DNA of 64,000 bases from Enoplolaimus lenunculus (taxonomy: Eukaryota): positions 248,001-312,000 of the forward strand of contig JASANG010001013.1 in assembly GCA_030248215.1 (NCBI GenBank), written 5' to 3'. Under the pieces are notes generated by a model that worked only from the letters and a program-made list of their open reading frames with translations, was not told the origin of the DNA and did not search any database. Below are positions 1 to 28,112 of the stretch, one piece after another (the stretch's first letter is position 1; every line of letters starts with the position of its first letter). Made by a program: the position numbers and the translations under genes.

Positions 1-1276
1 AAATTTTCACAATTTTAAAAGTGTCAAAATTTGGCTAAATTTTAAAGGGATCAAATTTTGACAATTTTAAAACTGGTTTAGAGTTGCGCTATGCTTTACT
101 GTACTGGACGCTGCCGCGTGCGCACCGAACACCCATATATGCGTTGCTAACAAAAATATAGGCAAAATGTATTTGGGTAATGCTGTGTTTGTCGGGGCGC
201 GAGAAGTACATATATAGCGCAATCCTAATATTCGTTACGTATTATATATACATATAAAATATAAAATATATATTTAGTTTTTTAAATTGCGCGATATACC
301 CTAAATTTGACCCGAGTCACGGCTCGAGGGTCGCATTCCTAACGCCGCTGGCATGTTTTGCGGCTCACAACCGGTAAAGGTTACTCTAAAAAGGATGGGC
401 CCATACCTAAACAGGGTCGTAGCCAGGACTTCATTTTGGATTTCGTCTACAAGTTTTTTCGCCAGCCCGTCCAGCGAGCGAGAACATTTTTTTATCTCTG
501 CGAGTTATTCTACAGCCGGTACAAGTGCGTTTTCACAAGTTAGCACAACATTGTGGGAATTATATACCCAAATTGACCCTGAACGCTGCTATGGATGTCG
601 TCGCGGTTAAGTGGCAAAATTCCGTGCTGGACGGCATCGGCCGAATACGGATGACGCCGGCCGGCGCCTGATTTGTTTGTAGTATTTCTTTTAGGAGCTG
701 TTCAGTTTTGTGTCAATAATCCAATTTTCTACTCACCGTCACAGTCAATTTCAACGTCCTCAGAGGGGGCCCAAATATAATTTCAGAGACGAAACGCGGT
801 ATTTTCTATGATTTAGTAACGTTTTTTGAACTAATTTTCATAGAACAGCTGAATAAATACGATTATTCAAATTTCAACAACCGTTTTATATCAATATTGA
901 CCCACGTAAAAGATCAGGGGCGTGGGCTATTTTTCCGCAGGACTGCAACAGAGTAAAAGCTTAAAAGTTTAACGCTATTTTTTGCTCAGGTATACGTTTT
1001 TGTTTACGCTTAGGCTTTGCGCTTAGGAATGTGTTTACACTACTGCTATGGTCATGTTTTATACATTGACCTTATAATATTGAACAAACCAGCTTTAATT
1101 TCAGATCCCGCAATCAATTTGTGGCCAGTCGAAAATTTGCCGAAAATCAACGGTGTCGCAGATTGCAGATGTCAGCGCAAACGTTGCAGTTGACTATGGG
1201 ATCGATTTTGGAAGCTAAAAGTAACTACTGCGTTTGGGTTTTGGCTAAAGCAAACTTTATTGCAACTGCAAGATCG

Positions 1277-1443
1277 GGCCTGTAGCAAGGGGGGGCAGGA
1301 TGACTCAGCTCCTCTTGAAATAATTTGGCCCTACTTTGAAAATTTTCAACATTGCTTGCAAGTCATTAAAAATCCTTGAATGCCCTCTTGAAAATTTTTT
1401 AGCTTCCCCTCTCGTCTAGCAAGGTGAGCTGGCTACGAGTCTA
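1277..1443. mobile_element. Dispersed repeat with TIR-like GGGCCYGTAGC / GCTACGAG ends
   Basis: Shares CAAGGTGAGCTGGCTACG and internal sequence with ~2613-2778; inverse fragment ~5353-5410 and end fragment ~14940-14974. Confidence 0.55.
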
Positions 1444-1730
1444 TGCAAGATTTAATCTGGCAAGGTTCGAGTTGATGTTGCCTGCAACTAAAGAAAAAAG
1501 GCAGCGATTAACTGTTGTACTTCTTTTGGCTGTGAGCGAAAAAGCAATCTACTGCAAATGTAATGTCATTTTGACGAGTTCAGATGTTCAATACTGTGGG
1601 ACATTTATGCCATAATCATATGATATTCCAAAATCATATTCAATATGATAAGCAGTAAAAAAGGTGTTGTTAGCCAATAGCGTAACAGCATTAAAACTTA
1701 CGCCGAAATGCCGCTTTTTTATTGGTTTAG

Positions 1731-15340
<13,610 letters not shown>

Positions 15341-16312
15341 AGGAAAATAATTTACAAAAATCTCAAATTATAACGCTACTTTCAGTGCCACCTCAAATGT
15401 CATAAGACAAATGTGCCAACTCACTAAAGCCCTATTCACGCGTGCAAGTTTTTGACGCGAGAACTTGCAGCTGCAACTTGCACTTGCAAGTTTTGTCCAA
15501 AATCCCGTTCGAAAAACTTGCAGCTACAAATAATTCATTAAAAATCAAAGCTAGGAATTTAGTTCACACGTGTGAATAACCATGCAAGTTCACTGAATTT
15601 ATTGCAACCGCTCTCGCAATGGCTGATGGAAAAATGCAAATTCCCTACGTGTTTGGGATTTTTTTGTTGTGTTGGAAGTGAACAAGCAAATATGCGAGTC
15701 CAATTGTAATACATTGTTAACTCCAATCAGTAAATTAATCAGCTCAGAGAATTAGATATTTCTGAATTATTTCTGAGTTAATACCATTACACATTACCTC
15801 ACCCAGAGGGAATTTAATTCTGAATGAGTTGTTTAATTAACACAGAATGAATTCAGTCAATTCAGAGTTCTGAGTTCTGAAAGACCTAATTCACTGCTCA
15901 GAGCCCTAAGCGGATTCAACTCATTATGAGTTAAAATCAACTCACTGAAATTTACAGTGTAGTATTACGTCGACTTTGGCCTGTTGGGGTCAGTCAACAT
16001 TCTGAAAATTTTTTAAATGATCCACTTAAATTTTTGATAACAAATGAATTTTGCTAAAGCATAGGAGTTAATGTTGGTCCTTATTAATTCAAACAGAACT
16101 CACTATCTGAATTTGATTAGCAACTCGTTCGAATTTACAGTTGTGATAAGATTAAAAATTTAAGCACGGTGAGATATTCTTCTCCGAGGCGTAAACCCCA
16201 ATCAGCCATACTGATACCACGAATTTATCAATGTTTTGTCTATAAATTGACAAAACAACGGTTTGGTATAACTAAAAATTACGCAATGTACAGATGGTGG
16301 TAATGTTTCAAT

Positions 16313-16756
16313 CATGGTGCAACCGCGGACGAAAAATACCGGAGCCGGAGGTCAACAAAAATTTGTCGGAGCCGAAGGTGGAGGCGAAATTAGGTTTAAA
16401 ATGATATTTAATTTGCTAATTTTGCAAAATATCTGTAAGGTGTTGTTAAATCGTTTGGCTTTTACGCTTATTTTTTACCAAATCTCTGATATTCTTTACT
16501 CATAATTGTATCAAAAATTTTATGAAGCTACGCAAAATTTCTCCTCCGAAACTGCCTTAACCTTCGGCAGAAATTCTACTGGAGCCGGAGGTCGATTTTT
16601 TGCTGGAGCCGGAGGTCGATTTTTTGCTGGAGCCGGAGGTCGATATTTTACTGGAGCCGGAGGTCGATTTTTTGCTGGAGCCGGAGGTCGATATTTTACT
16701 GGAGCCGGAGGTCGATTTTTTGCTGGAGCCGGAGGCAGGCCTCCGGTTGCACCTTG
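16313..16756. mobile_element. hAT-like MITE (family D) with an internal 24-bp minisatellite
   Basis: CATGGTGCAACC / GGTTGCACCTTG, TSD GTTTCAAT/GTTTAAAT; about 7 copies of GGAGCCGGAGGTCGATWTTTTRCT at 16580-16736. Confidence 0.8.
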
Positions 16757-17014
16757 GTTTAAATAAATATTATATATTTAGTATCAAATCTAATTTTGAA
16801 AAAGGATTTCAATCACAGCCTTTTGATGTGGAAGAAAAACTTGACGTTCGACAGCGAACGGCTCTCATCTCTTGTTAAGATTTTATACTGCGCCATAGTA
16901 ATTGTTCACTGGCATTGTGCACCAATTCATGTACCTGGATTGCGCTAAATTGCTCGCAGTATACTCCATGTGCAAAGCCGTTAAACTTGTAACATAAAGA
17001 CGGATATTCAAAGC

Positions 17015-17193
17015 GGCCCATGTATAGAACAGGGCCGTATCGTTTTCCGGAGGGGCTATAATAGAGTCAGTTTAAGCTTTAGACTAATTTTTTTGCTTAG
17101 GCTTAGGCTCAGGAATAGGCTCATCCATACGCTTAGGCTTAGACTTAGGAATGTGCTTATACTACTGTTCCGGCCCTGCTCTATACACGGACC
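17015..17193. mobile_element. Family A MITE copy
   Basis: Perfect TSD TTCAAAGC; TIR GGCCCATGTATAGAACAGGGCCG. Confidence 0.85.
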
Positions 17194-18049
17194 TTCAAAG
17201 CTATCATTCCGCGATTAAACCGACTGAGTTTCATGTTGGACTCAGACGAGGCGGACCTTAGTACCGGCTAACGAACTTTGATCCAACCTCAAAAATTCAC
17301 AGCGAAAACTTAGTTTATTCAATGCAGTATTTTCAAAAACGTCGAAATTTTCCCAATTCTTTGCCAACTATACGTCTGCTATCAACATTTCTGAATGTCT
17401 AAAGTCAACATCATAGGCTGAACTCGGGTTTGGAACCTCTGTGGTTGATTTTTAAAATTCAACTCGGTCAACTCCCATTTGGTCATTATAATCTGTTTTC
17501 GCCAACTATTAACCTTGTTTGTTTTATAAAATGTTTCTATCAACATGCTTCACACCTGCTATCCTCTCAAACAACCCAGCTTAAACTCATAGAGTTGGTG
17601 AACCACACTACATAAATATATAATAAAGCGCAAAAATTACAAAATAAAAAATTAAATAAATACATATAACCAAATTGACATGGATCCTTTGGCATATGTT
17701 AATGGTCCATGTGTAGAACAGAGCCGGAACACTAGCATAAGCATATTCCTAAGCTTAAGCCTAAGCCTAAGCCTAAGCAAAAAAATTAGCCTAAAGCTTA
17801 AACTGACTCTATTATAGCCCCTTCGAAAAACGATCTGGCCATGTTCTATACATGGGCCATGGTAATTTAGAGACCTGTCAGCTACGCCCAAGCCTCAACC
17901 TAAGCGCAAGCCTAAATCCTAATCCGAAAACATTAGCGTCCTCCGAGTCTGTAAGTCTTAGCATCATCCATCATCTCCCACAGGGCAGATCCCTATAGTT
18001 TAGCAATGGCCGTTCAGGTTACAAAGAATGTTACGACACACCCATATCG

Positions 18050-19591
18050 TTAACAAAGTCTAAATTGTTGTACGATCACATCACCGTCAATGCTAACAGA
18101 ATCAATATTTTCAATCGGAATGCGATGCTGGAAAAACACAAAATGTTGCCCGTTGACTGCGATCTAAAACAGGTTCATCTACATTCTTACTGTCTCAAAC
18201 ATTGGATTTTCACGGCAAATACAAACCTTCAGCAATAACACAGATTACTCTGTTTTAATAAGTAATACAAAACTAAGCAGATCAGACCGATGTATTAAGC
18301 TGATTTTTGAGTCTTGGCTTAGGATGAGCTAAATATTCACAAAACTCAACTTATCAACATTTTCTCAGTTTCTGTGTCATTAGCGCAATCTGAAACGTCA
18401 AGTTTGACGGCCCATGTATAGAACAGGGCCGGAACGCTTTCCGACGGGTCTGTAACAGAGTCAGTTTAAGCTTTAGACTAAGTGTTTTGCTTAGACTTAG
18501 GCTCAGGCATAGGAATACGCTTATACTATTGTTCCGGCTCCGTTCTTTACATGGGCCAGTTTGACAATCAAAAAACACTGATACAGCGAAAAGAAAGTAC
18601 TACTTGACATTACCAAAAAAACGAAAAATTACACATGATGCTACACGGAATTGTGACTCTCACAAAAGTAACACGATTCTGACATTGAAACAAAAACTTA
18701 GATTTTACCTTGTAACCGTTTGTATCCGGCTGCATGACAAGATCAAAAGTTGCACCGGCAACAAACGGAAACCGCGGCGATTCCCGTTCTTCTCTTTGCC
18801 ACATCCCACGTTGATAACTATTTCGTACGACAACCTGAAACTAGAGTCAATATTTCAAATGGGGCACACTCTAATGCTAGATTGGTAATAAATCATGCAT
18901 TTTGTAGACGCTTTATGTTCAAAATCGCAAATACACAAAAGTAAGCTAAAGCTACATAGAATTAGGCTAAATTTTAGGTTTTCTGTTGCCTGACAAGATA
19001 TACCCTGATACGTACATGTACATATATTGACATAATACATTTTTCACGTCTTAAACTTTCTCAACCTAAATTGTTTTCAAAGACTTACCGGTTGTTTGAT
19101 ATATTTTCTGCCTTCATAATACTGGAACAACAAAAACCTTGTATACAGCTTACATACATAGTTTAGTTGCGTAAATTGAACGTAACACAGATTGAATAGA
19201 TTTAATTAATCAGCAATCAATATAATGTTGAATTCGCTAGTTTACCGATTACTCTACAAAATGTTATCAAAACATACTTCTTTTTGAAGAATTTCGGTAT
19301 TTTGAAGTTTCCAAAATTGCTACAAAGATACAATCTCATTGACAAAGCATATCCAGCCAACTAAGCATGACTGTAAGTCGTAATTCTACTGAACGCCAAA
19401 GGCATACTCCGCTGTTCATATTTATCATACATCAGCCGCGCCAACACATAAATAATTAAATATTAAGCCAATGAATTGTGTTGCAAACAATAATTGTCAC
19501 CTATTTAAAATCATAAAAGCAGCGATTTTTCACAGACATTCTATTCCTCATTTTAATGTTCTGGACGTATTTTCCTCAAACTAATCATTAT

Positions 19592-19690
<99 letters not shown>

Positions 19691-22600
19691 TCAAGTTGGC
19701 AACTTACGTAATTGTTCTGTTGGGCACAAAATATACCGGCTCACGTTGCATTATAAGTTTACACGAAACCACTTAAAGAGGGCACTTTGCAGATATTGTT
19801 TTTTGACAGAATGTGTCCCGTTTGTTGCATAGAGTACTACTATCCGCAATACATATTTCAATTAATTCACACTAACTTTGTCTAAAAATCGAACACCAAA
19901 GTGAACTGCAATATCTTCACAACCAACGTTCAAATCCACACGAAATCTAAAGCATAAAATATTACACTATTTTACATAAAATTAAGGGTTTTCCGCAATA
20001 TAAAATTAATGGTTTTCCGCAATTTACAGTAAAGTTACCCATGATGTCTGAGTTCGTTCCAGAATGCGTTATAATGAACTTAAATTTTACAAAGTGTGAT
20101 CTGTATATTAACAAGTCTACACGCAAAATTACATTGCGGATAGGTTTGTGAAAACGCTCTGATTATATTTTGTCTCTGGTTGATTTAGGCAAAAACCCGT
20201 TTCGCGTACTGTAAAACATCTTAGGGTGGCGCTATACTTTTGATGACATTCGGCGCCGTCAGTTACCGTCCGTCATCGTGCGGTATAGTACGTGAATTAT
20301 TCGTGTACGATACCGTATGGTGACGGACGGTAGTGCACGACGCTGGACGGCGACGGATGGCGCCGCACGACTATAGAGCCACCCTTATACCTACTGCTAA
20401 CGTAACACTTTAAAAACGTTTAAAAAAGCGTTTACTTAATAGCGTCTAGCGATTCATTTTAGAATTCGTCCACTTTCAAAAACGTTTTGAAAGATGTTGT
20501 TTGAAATGTGAACTGTGTTTAAACTAGCGTTTTATTTTTGACAAGATTCTTATTTAGCGGTATGCTATACACTATTGGCCGTAGAATACATCAAAAACAC
20601 TAAAAATAATAAACAAAAAATACTCACTGGGAAGCATTTTTCAATGGTTTGCCTGTAATTAGCAATTGAGACCCGTTTTGCAACATATAGTCGTCCAGTG
20701 TATGCTTGAACGGAATCGCCTGAAATAAAAACATCAACCAATCAAGCAAAAATGTTTAAAAACAACCCAGGACCTGTACAAATTTTACCGCACACGATCT
20801 CTAGGGTTTAATCTAAATATAAATTCAAAAAGGAATTTCCTAAAAACGCGCACTCAATATCTAAAAAATTTATCACAGTGCAGCAGGATAGTGACAAAAG
20901 TTAAGATTCAATTTCAATTTGAAGAAAAACTGAAAGTTCGAAATCCGATTCGAATTAGGTTTTTGGAAAAGCTGAACTCCACAATGGTGGCAGTACCTGA
21001 TTGTATCATCTTAAAATTGAGTTATAAGAACCTAAATTATTTTCGGAAACATTTTAGCGTTCGCGGTTCTGTACGGCACTTCTTACTTCATTACGTTCGG
21101 CATTGGATAATTAAAAAAACTCGTATCGTATTATTTCAAAAGTTACATGTTTATTTTGCCTGCATACGCTTCGGTTTGCTAAGTCTACATGTTAACCGGC
21201 TACAGTTTAAATTTTATAAATACATTTTTTCTAAGTCGGGGGGTTTAGATTCGAAATCGAAATTCCGGTTCGGCCAAATCGCAATGGGTTCGAATTCGTG
21301 AAATAGGAGGTGAGTGGCATCCTGTAGTGTAAGGGAGTTTTAAACTAAATTTTCCCACGTTTAAGACATCGAGATTATGATTAGCTATCTTTAGACAGCC
21401 ACAAAACAAAACATTATTGCACATAATATCTGTTTTCGCTATCCAGATTTACAATGGATAAAAATAACTAAACGTACCACATCATTCAGACAAATGCTTG
21501 GTTGCCTTTTGACGCTAACTTTCCCATCAAGTTCATTATTCGCGGCTGCTGAATCGCTAACAGAACGCACCGAATCCGATCTAATGTCAGCATCTGCCTA
21601 AACTCCACATTAATTACATAGCTAATACCTCAGTAAAACTGTTTCGTAATCAATAGTAGACTTAGCAATGCCGCGATTAGAAACAAAAAGCAATTGTTAA
21701 TCGGCTATCAAAAGCATAATAACGTACCGGTAGCTTTAATAGAAATTATTTCTCAGTAAAACTGACTTGCTTAAGCGAACGAAAACAAATTTTCAAAAAC
21801 GTAGCTCGAATAAAATAGAAAAAACAGTCAGTTGACAAAGAGTATGCGCACGAATACGTTTCAACATCCAAAAAATATGTAAAAATCTATTTTCCTTCAT
21901 AGCAAAATGTTTCATTTCTGTCTTAAAGCTACTGATCACCTCGTAAACATAAAATTGTTTTAGTTTTTTTTCATCGAACAACGTACGGTATTTTAATTTA
22001 CCCGCAAATTAAAAAAATTATTTAACATACAATGCCTTACTGGCTCCAGATCCGAATATTGAATCAATTCCAGTTTAATAGATCCTCGAATGTGAATAGC
22101 TTTAATTGACTTTAACGGTTTTCGGTCTTTAAATTTTGCCAACGATTTTCCATTGATTGCTATCTGAAACCAAATTAAGTTAAAAATACAAACATAACAA
22201 ACGTCTCACAATGATTCACTTAAAAAACAGAAAAAACCCATTCCCCAAAAGCAAATTGTGCCAAAGTAGGCTGTTCAAAAACCGCAAAGATTACGTCGAA
22301 CTCAAACGAGGCTGCATATTTTCAGATATCCAAGTATGCTTAACAGACGAATAAAGGAATATAGACAGATATAATTTAAATATACGTTTAACACACGTTT
22401 TAATAACACGTTTTTAAATGATAAAGCATAATATTCATTGAAAATTCGGGTACCGTTTTTGACATCCAGTCACACGCGACTGACATCATTTAGCACAATT
22501 TATATAACACAGATTTTAATAAATATAAAATTCACCATTATTACATCTGCAACAAAACTTCTACTCAAACCCAAAACAAACCGAGCTTCAAATTCAAATT

Positions 22601-24983
22601 GAACTCACATCAAATCCACCAATTTCAACCAAAACACGAATCTCAACCGGATCCCCGAGTCGAAGTTCAGAAGGCACCGTATGACGTTGCTCTTTTTCCC
22701 ACAACCCGTTGGTGAATGTGTTGAGCACAACTGTATTTTCGTGAAATCGAGGGCTGATGTGTAACGCAATATCGCTACGAGATGATCCTTGCGCAATTTG
22801 ACCACAACACAAATTGATTTCGAAACTGCTGAAATAAAATCAATTGCCCACAAATGATTGTAATATTTGCAACGCCCAGATCTTAGAAATATGTTGCACT
22901 GTCTTGTAATGTCTATTGTTGTAGTTACTAATTACAATGTTTTATTTTTGTTTGCGAATCTTCATTTTTCGCAATTAGCAAACATTATTTCGTGCCCGAG
23001 CTCAGTTCTGAAATTTGTGTCCTAAAACAAAACATTTAATTTAGTTAGCAAGTTATTTATAATTTTTATTGTTTAAAACTGTAAGCAAATGTTGCCGTTA
23101 CATCGTTGGATTTGGCTTTTTAGAACTTGCCTTTTTTAACAAACGAATCCGAATCCAAATCGCGATTGTTACTAAATCTGAACTTTTGTTGCTACCCTGT
23201 ATGGCGCGGTTCAAAAAATTACACGCCTATCACGATCCCGAAAAATTATTTTTTAATTAAGGCACAGTGCGTCTACGTCTACCCAAAAATGTTTTAGCCA
23301 ACAAAGGTATATATACAGCGCTCTAGTTGAAGTGCCAATTTACACCGATCTTAAAAGATTCAACAGTCAAATCATTGCTCAACCTTCGACCAAAAACACT
23401 TTTTACTCACCAAAACTTTCGTGTCGAATGCCTTATTTTCGAGTTAACTTGTGCGAAACGATAAACTGCTTTAAAGCTTCCAGTTGGATCAGTTTATCAT
23501 TTATAATCAATCAATTGGCATTTTCAGCCAGCATTACTGTAGTTGTACTTTCAACAGCGCAAACCAATTACTTTTCGAAAGTAATTACTCGAACATTAAT
23601 TTACTTTTGTAAAAATGGAGCATAAGACAAACAACAAATTCTAAAACACCAGCCACACAAAATTTCCACCAATCACTAAAAAGACTGACCATAAACGTCC
23701 TATTCGACCTGTAATTATTAATTTGCCCAGATTCTCTATCGTACGTAAACTTAGCAGCATCAAAATAAGCTGAAATATCTTGTACTGAAAATGTATCGAA
23801 TAAAATGTGACACAGACGTCTTAAATTACGTAAAATTTGTAACACAATTCAAATCGCAATACGTACTAAAATCCACACGAAGAGTCTGCTAACTTTACCG
23901 CAAACGGTTTGAAATTTTAGACGTTAACCTACTCGTGTTACAGTCACAAAACCTATCATCAACTAATAATAATGCTATTTCGATAGCTAATAACACTGGC
24001 TTTTTTAATTGAGCAATAGACTAAGAATACCTTGATTTTTCTTCAAGTGTAACCCCATTGACAACTATGTTTGATCCAACAATAAGACATCGAGGTAACT
24101 CGCCGACAAATGGCACAAACTAAAATAAACTAAAACTACTTTATCTAGTGAATTTATTAACGACAAGCAATGACTATGTTGTATTATCATGGCATGGACT
24201 GTAAAAACTAGCCAGTCCGTGGTCCAACCGTGGACCACGTCCCTGACGCATAACGCTGGTTGGAACGGCTTGAAATCCAGACCGGACCGGTCCTGCAATA
24301 GTGGACCGCCGGTAGAGGCCGAAAGTCAATTGACGGTGTTTATGGATTTTCCTATTTCTCAGTTCAGTTGACAAAATTTTGTCCTTTAACCAATTAAAAC
24401 CAGTACAGTAAAATTCAAAACACCAGTTAATTTGTCTCATTCATGCGGCGCCGGACCAGATCGACCGTCGAGCGCACATGGACGGCATCAAAACGCAGCA
24501 ATGAAACGAACCGCTAACAAAATACCGACCGCTCTGGTTCACAATATTAATAGTTTAAAAAATGATAGTGAACTATGCAAAACCACATTCAATTTAACTT
24601 TGCGTCTAAAATTACATTTTATGTTTGGGCCAATGTATAGAACAACAGGGCCGTAACAGTAGTATAAGCATAAACTGAAAACGTAAAAATGAGCTTACAT
24701 TTAAACTTAATCGTAAGCAAAAATTAGTCTAAAGCTTAAGCTTACTCTATTGCAGTCGCGCAGAAAAAACGTTCAGCCCTAATCTTCACATAGGTCCACA
24801 CATTTGGTATATTCTTCAGCTGAGTGCGCATGTTAGCAATAAAAGGTCAAGCATCAAAAATTAATTAAATTTCAATGATTCGCGGCATCTTAATAAACTG
24901 CGCTATCTGCAGACAAATGAATTCAAAATAATGTAAAAATAACTTACAGGTTGAAATATCACAGTTTCTTTGGCGTCACCCAT
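18050..24983 (-). CDS. Tandem-repeat (two-CRD) galectin
   Basis: Exons 24983-24948, 24119-24031, 22828-22609, 22163-22041, 21597-21478, 20719-20628, 19946-19877, 18834-18709, 18163-18050. CRD1 DIALHISPRF..VVLNT..WEKEQR..IAING; CRD2 DIAVHFGVRF..VVRNS..WQREER..FPF..IAVNGQHF..HRIP. Confidence 0.92.
18409..18557. mobile_element. Family A MITE copy in last galectin intron
   Basis: Perfect TSD AGTTTGAC; GGCC termini. Confidence 0.88.
19593..19690. repeat. (AAT)n microsatellite
   Basis: Directly visible. Confidence 0.97.
20224..20384. mobile_element. PIF/Harbinger (Tourist)-like MITE
   Basis: TTA|GGGTGGCGCTATA ... TATAGAGCCACCC|TTA; related copy ~49771-49910 and a similar element ~80-228. Confidence 0.75.
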
Positions 24984-26309
24984 TGCATTGTATAACTCGT
25001 GTTCCAGTTAGCTATAAATAGACATCCAAATAGCTGAAAGTTTTGTTAATGATAACAGCAGTTTTTGGTAAATTTAAACAAAGTAGCAGCTTTATGGGAA
25101 ACCATTCTTAGGCATAATGGGATGCTATCAGTATATTTGCCTGGTAGCAGGGTGCAACCTGAAGGGAAAAATACCACAGCCCGCGGTCAACAAAACTTCT
25201 TGAACCGACGCGAAATTCGTGCTGTCATATAGGGTCAACAGATATAACTCGGATGTCATATGACACTAATTTACAAACCACCGCTCTCAAATGTTCAATG
25301 TGCACAAGAGTCGGTATCTCGCGTGATACTATGGGACATTTATGCGAATATCACATGATATTCCAAAATTCACAACGAATTTCATATGATATTCAGTGCA
25401 ACGATCGCGTGCTTATAAATGAATAGAAATCACGACAGAGGCACAGATGCACTTTAGAATACCAAAAACACACCGGAAAATTCGTTTTCGACACAAAATC
25501 ACTAAGAACTACATCATCATAATTTAGAAATTAAAATTTCAAATTCTAGAATCATATAATATTCAACAGGACAATTTGGGTATGTTACCTCAAGCATGCA
25601 GACATTTTGAAATATACCTATCACATGATATTCGCAGACCATACGTCGAACATCATATGATGTCAGTTACACAACTAGGTTTGGGTATGGCGGAATATCA
25701 TGATACTAATAGACATGTGCCGTTAGTATCATATGATACTTTATTTGACCCGAATAAGAGGGGGGTCGCCATTTTGAGCCCGAATCAGATGGAGTCCGTA
25801 TCCCTAATAACAGTCCGTAAGCGGATAGAGTCCCTAAACCCGAATTAGAGTACATAAATGTCAATTAACCCTAATTGTAGCAAATAAATCACTCGATGAC
25901 CAAATAATTTGAGTTCGAAACTTTAAAACCTACTTAAATTTTGAAAGTACATTCCTAAGTACAACCTTGTATTATCGCTCAAGCTATTGACGCAAAACAA
26001 ATAAACGTTTAATTGAACGCATAATTGCAATACCGGATATATATCAGTAACCAAGGGCGACGGAGCGTGGGTTATAAATAGATAACAGTCCGTAACCGAA
26101 TAACAAGGGGGACACCCTCTGGAGAGGCCAAATAAATATCAGTCTCCCCTCTTATTCGGGTCACTACAGTACACGTGCGATTAGGGTATCGTAGGAGGTG
26201 AGATTATTAGCCTTTGTACATATTCAAAAATGCGTACAGCGATTATCATCAGTTACCGATAGGTTTTCAAACTTGACGAACTCTTAATAACTAGTAATAT
26301 TATATAGCG

Positions 26310-26520
26310 GGAAATTTAATTTTTTCGGGAAAAGACAAAATTTGGTGGGAAAATTATATTTTTGGCTGGAAAATTCAAATTTTGGTAAAAATTAAAATTT
26401 TGACGGTAAATTTAAATTTTAGCTGGAAATTTCAAGATTTGACAGAAAAATTCAAATTTTGGCATGAAAATTTCAATTTTGGCATGAAAATTTCAATTTT
26501 GGCATGAAAATTTCAAATTT
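26310..26520. repeat. ~20-bp degenerate minisatellite (TTTGGCATGAAAATTTCAAT)
   Basis: About 10 degenerate tandem units; a similar tract lies at 1-70. Confidence 0.8.
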
Positions 26521-28112
26521 TTGAAGATTATCTTATGATACGTTTTAAACACATAATGGAATGTTAATGGATACGCTTAAACTGTATAGTAGAATGTCGT
26601 ATACTTCAATTTCGTCTTGCTGAATATCAAATCATATGCCGTTACTTTGGAATATCATCATATTTACCAATATGTCTGACAGCGTCACGTGACATTCGAA
26701 CACTTGTATATTGAGATAACCTGTGTACCCGTGCTTTCTTGAGCAATATCGTATGGTATTCGAATTTTGTCTGTACGTATCGTATGATGGTAACAAAAAT
26801 TTATGTTGATGTCGAATCAACATGTGACAAAACGTGACTCAACTGCCCCAGTTATAACGTGAACCGAACATTAGGGTGTTCAAACAATGTTTCGTTTATG
26901 AAATTTAGCAAATATCCATAAGCGGTGTCAAAATTTTTGGTTTTAGGTTTATGCTCTATCAAATCCCAACAAGTTCTCAAAATTCTATCAAAACTTAACC
27001 AAACGCACCGAACAATACAATTTTTATAAAACCATAAAAAATTTCATAAACCGAAATTGCCGGAACGTCCGCCAAAAAATACCACCCGAACCAGAAAATT
27101 TTCCGCCGGAGCCGGACTTCCTGTTGTATCCAGTAATGTACGGGCTTAGGTATGCAATGTTAATGACAGGGTACGTAACTAGAACGTTCCGTAATGCGTC
27201 GCCAGTGTGGTTCCACGTTCGCTCAAACCAGCTTGTGTAGCAACTCTGAAACATTTTATAGATCTGATTCTACTATACGCTCTTAATTCTCAAAGTTTCA
27301 TTTTACTTATAACTGTAAGAGAAACACTATGTATTTATTATCAAACCAAAACGAAGAGTACAGAATACAGTGGTTAATATAACTTGGCAATATATCACAG
27401 TTGCGTACGGTGCATATTACTTTAAGGGGTACACCGTCTTTTGCGCGTCTGCAACGGAGTACAGAAGGTTAAGCGTTGCATATGTGGGGTTCACGTTACC
27501 AGTCAGCCTGGAACACATTTTGTCCCTATTACAATAGCTGGTAATATTTTGTCTGCGAGTTAATTCGCTATCAAATTCAAAAAAATTGAGTTGTTGTCTG
27601 CTATCCTGACGTGATAGTCATCGTTTTCACTACAATATGATATGATGGCCCCTCAATCGAACCGCAGAAGGACAGCTCATGAGATTTAGTACGAACGCCA
27701 AATTGGTCTTTAAACAAAACTTCCACTTCTCACTTCCCCATAAGCACCCTTCTTAAAACATATCACACATCAGGGAATGTCACAAACTGACAAATACCTT
27801 GTACACACTTTCTATTTACCAAACCAAAATTCTATCAAAATACCCAAAACCCAAACTTGAATATCAGTTCAACCTCCAAATTGAGCACAGCACCAAATAT
27901 GGCCCGACTTGCAAAGTCCAGTAAATTATCCCGCCGTCATTTCGCTCCAAACCTCCATTTCCAAGTCTTAATTTCTATCAAACCCCAGCATTCCACCACA
28001 AATTATTCTCAGAATTCGAGAAAAATAACAAACTCGGATTATATTGCGAAAGTTCCCAATCATTTTGAATATTTTACAGCCAAAATGTGTCAATTTTAAC
28101 AAACCAGTTCCT

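Noticed and set aside
1105..1220. Possible first exon of the PAN-ZP gene (TTTCAG ... A|GTAACT, phase compatible)
   Set aside because: The compatible frame has no signal-peptide character; not supportable without transcripts.
16580..16736. CRISPR-like regular repeats (also 39593-39971)
   Set aside because: Head-to-tail repeats without unique spacers, no cas genes, eukaryotic context.
16506..16878. ORFs with AGAGGRFF / LLEPEVD repeats
   Set aside because: Translations of the 24-bp minisatellite inside a TIR/TSD-bounded MITE.
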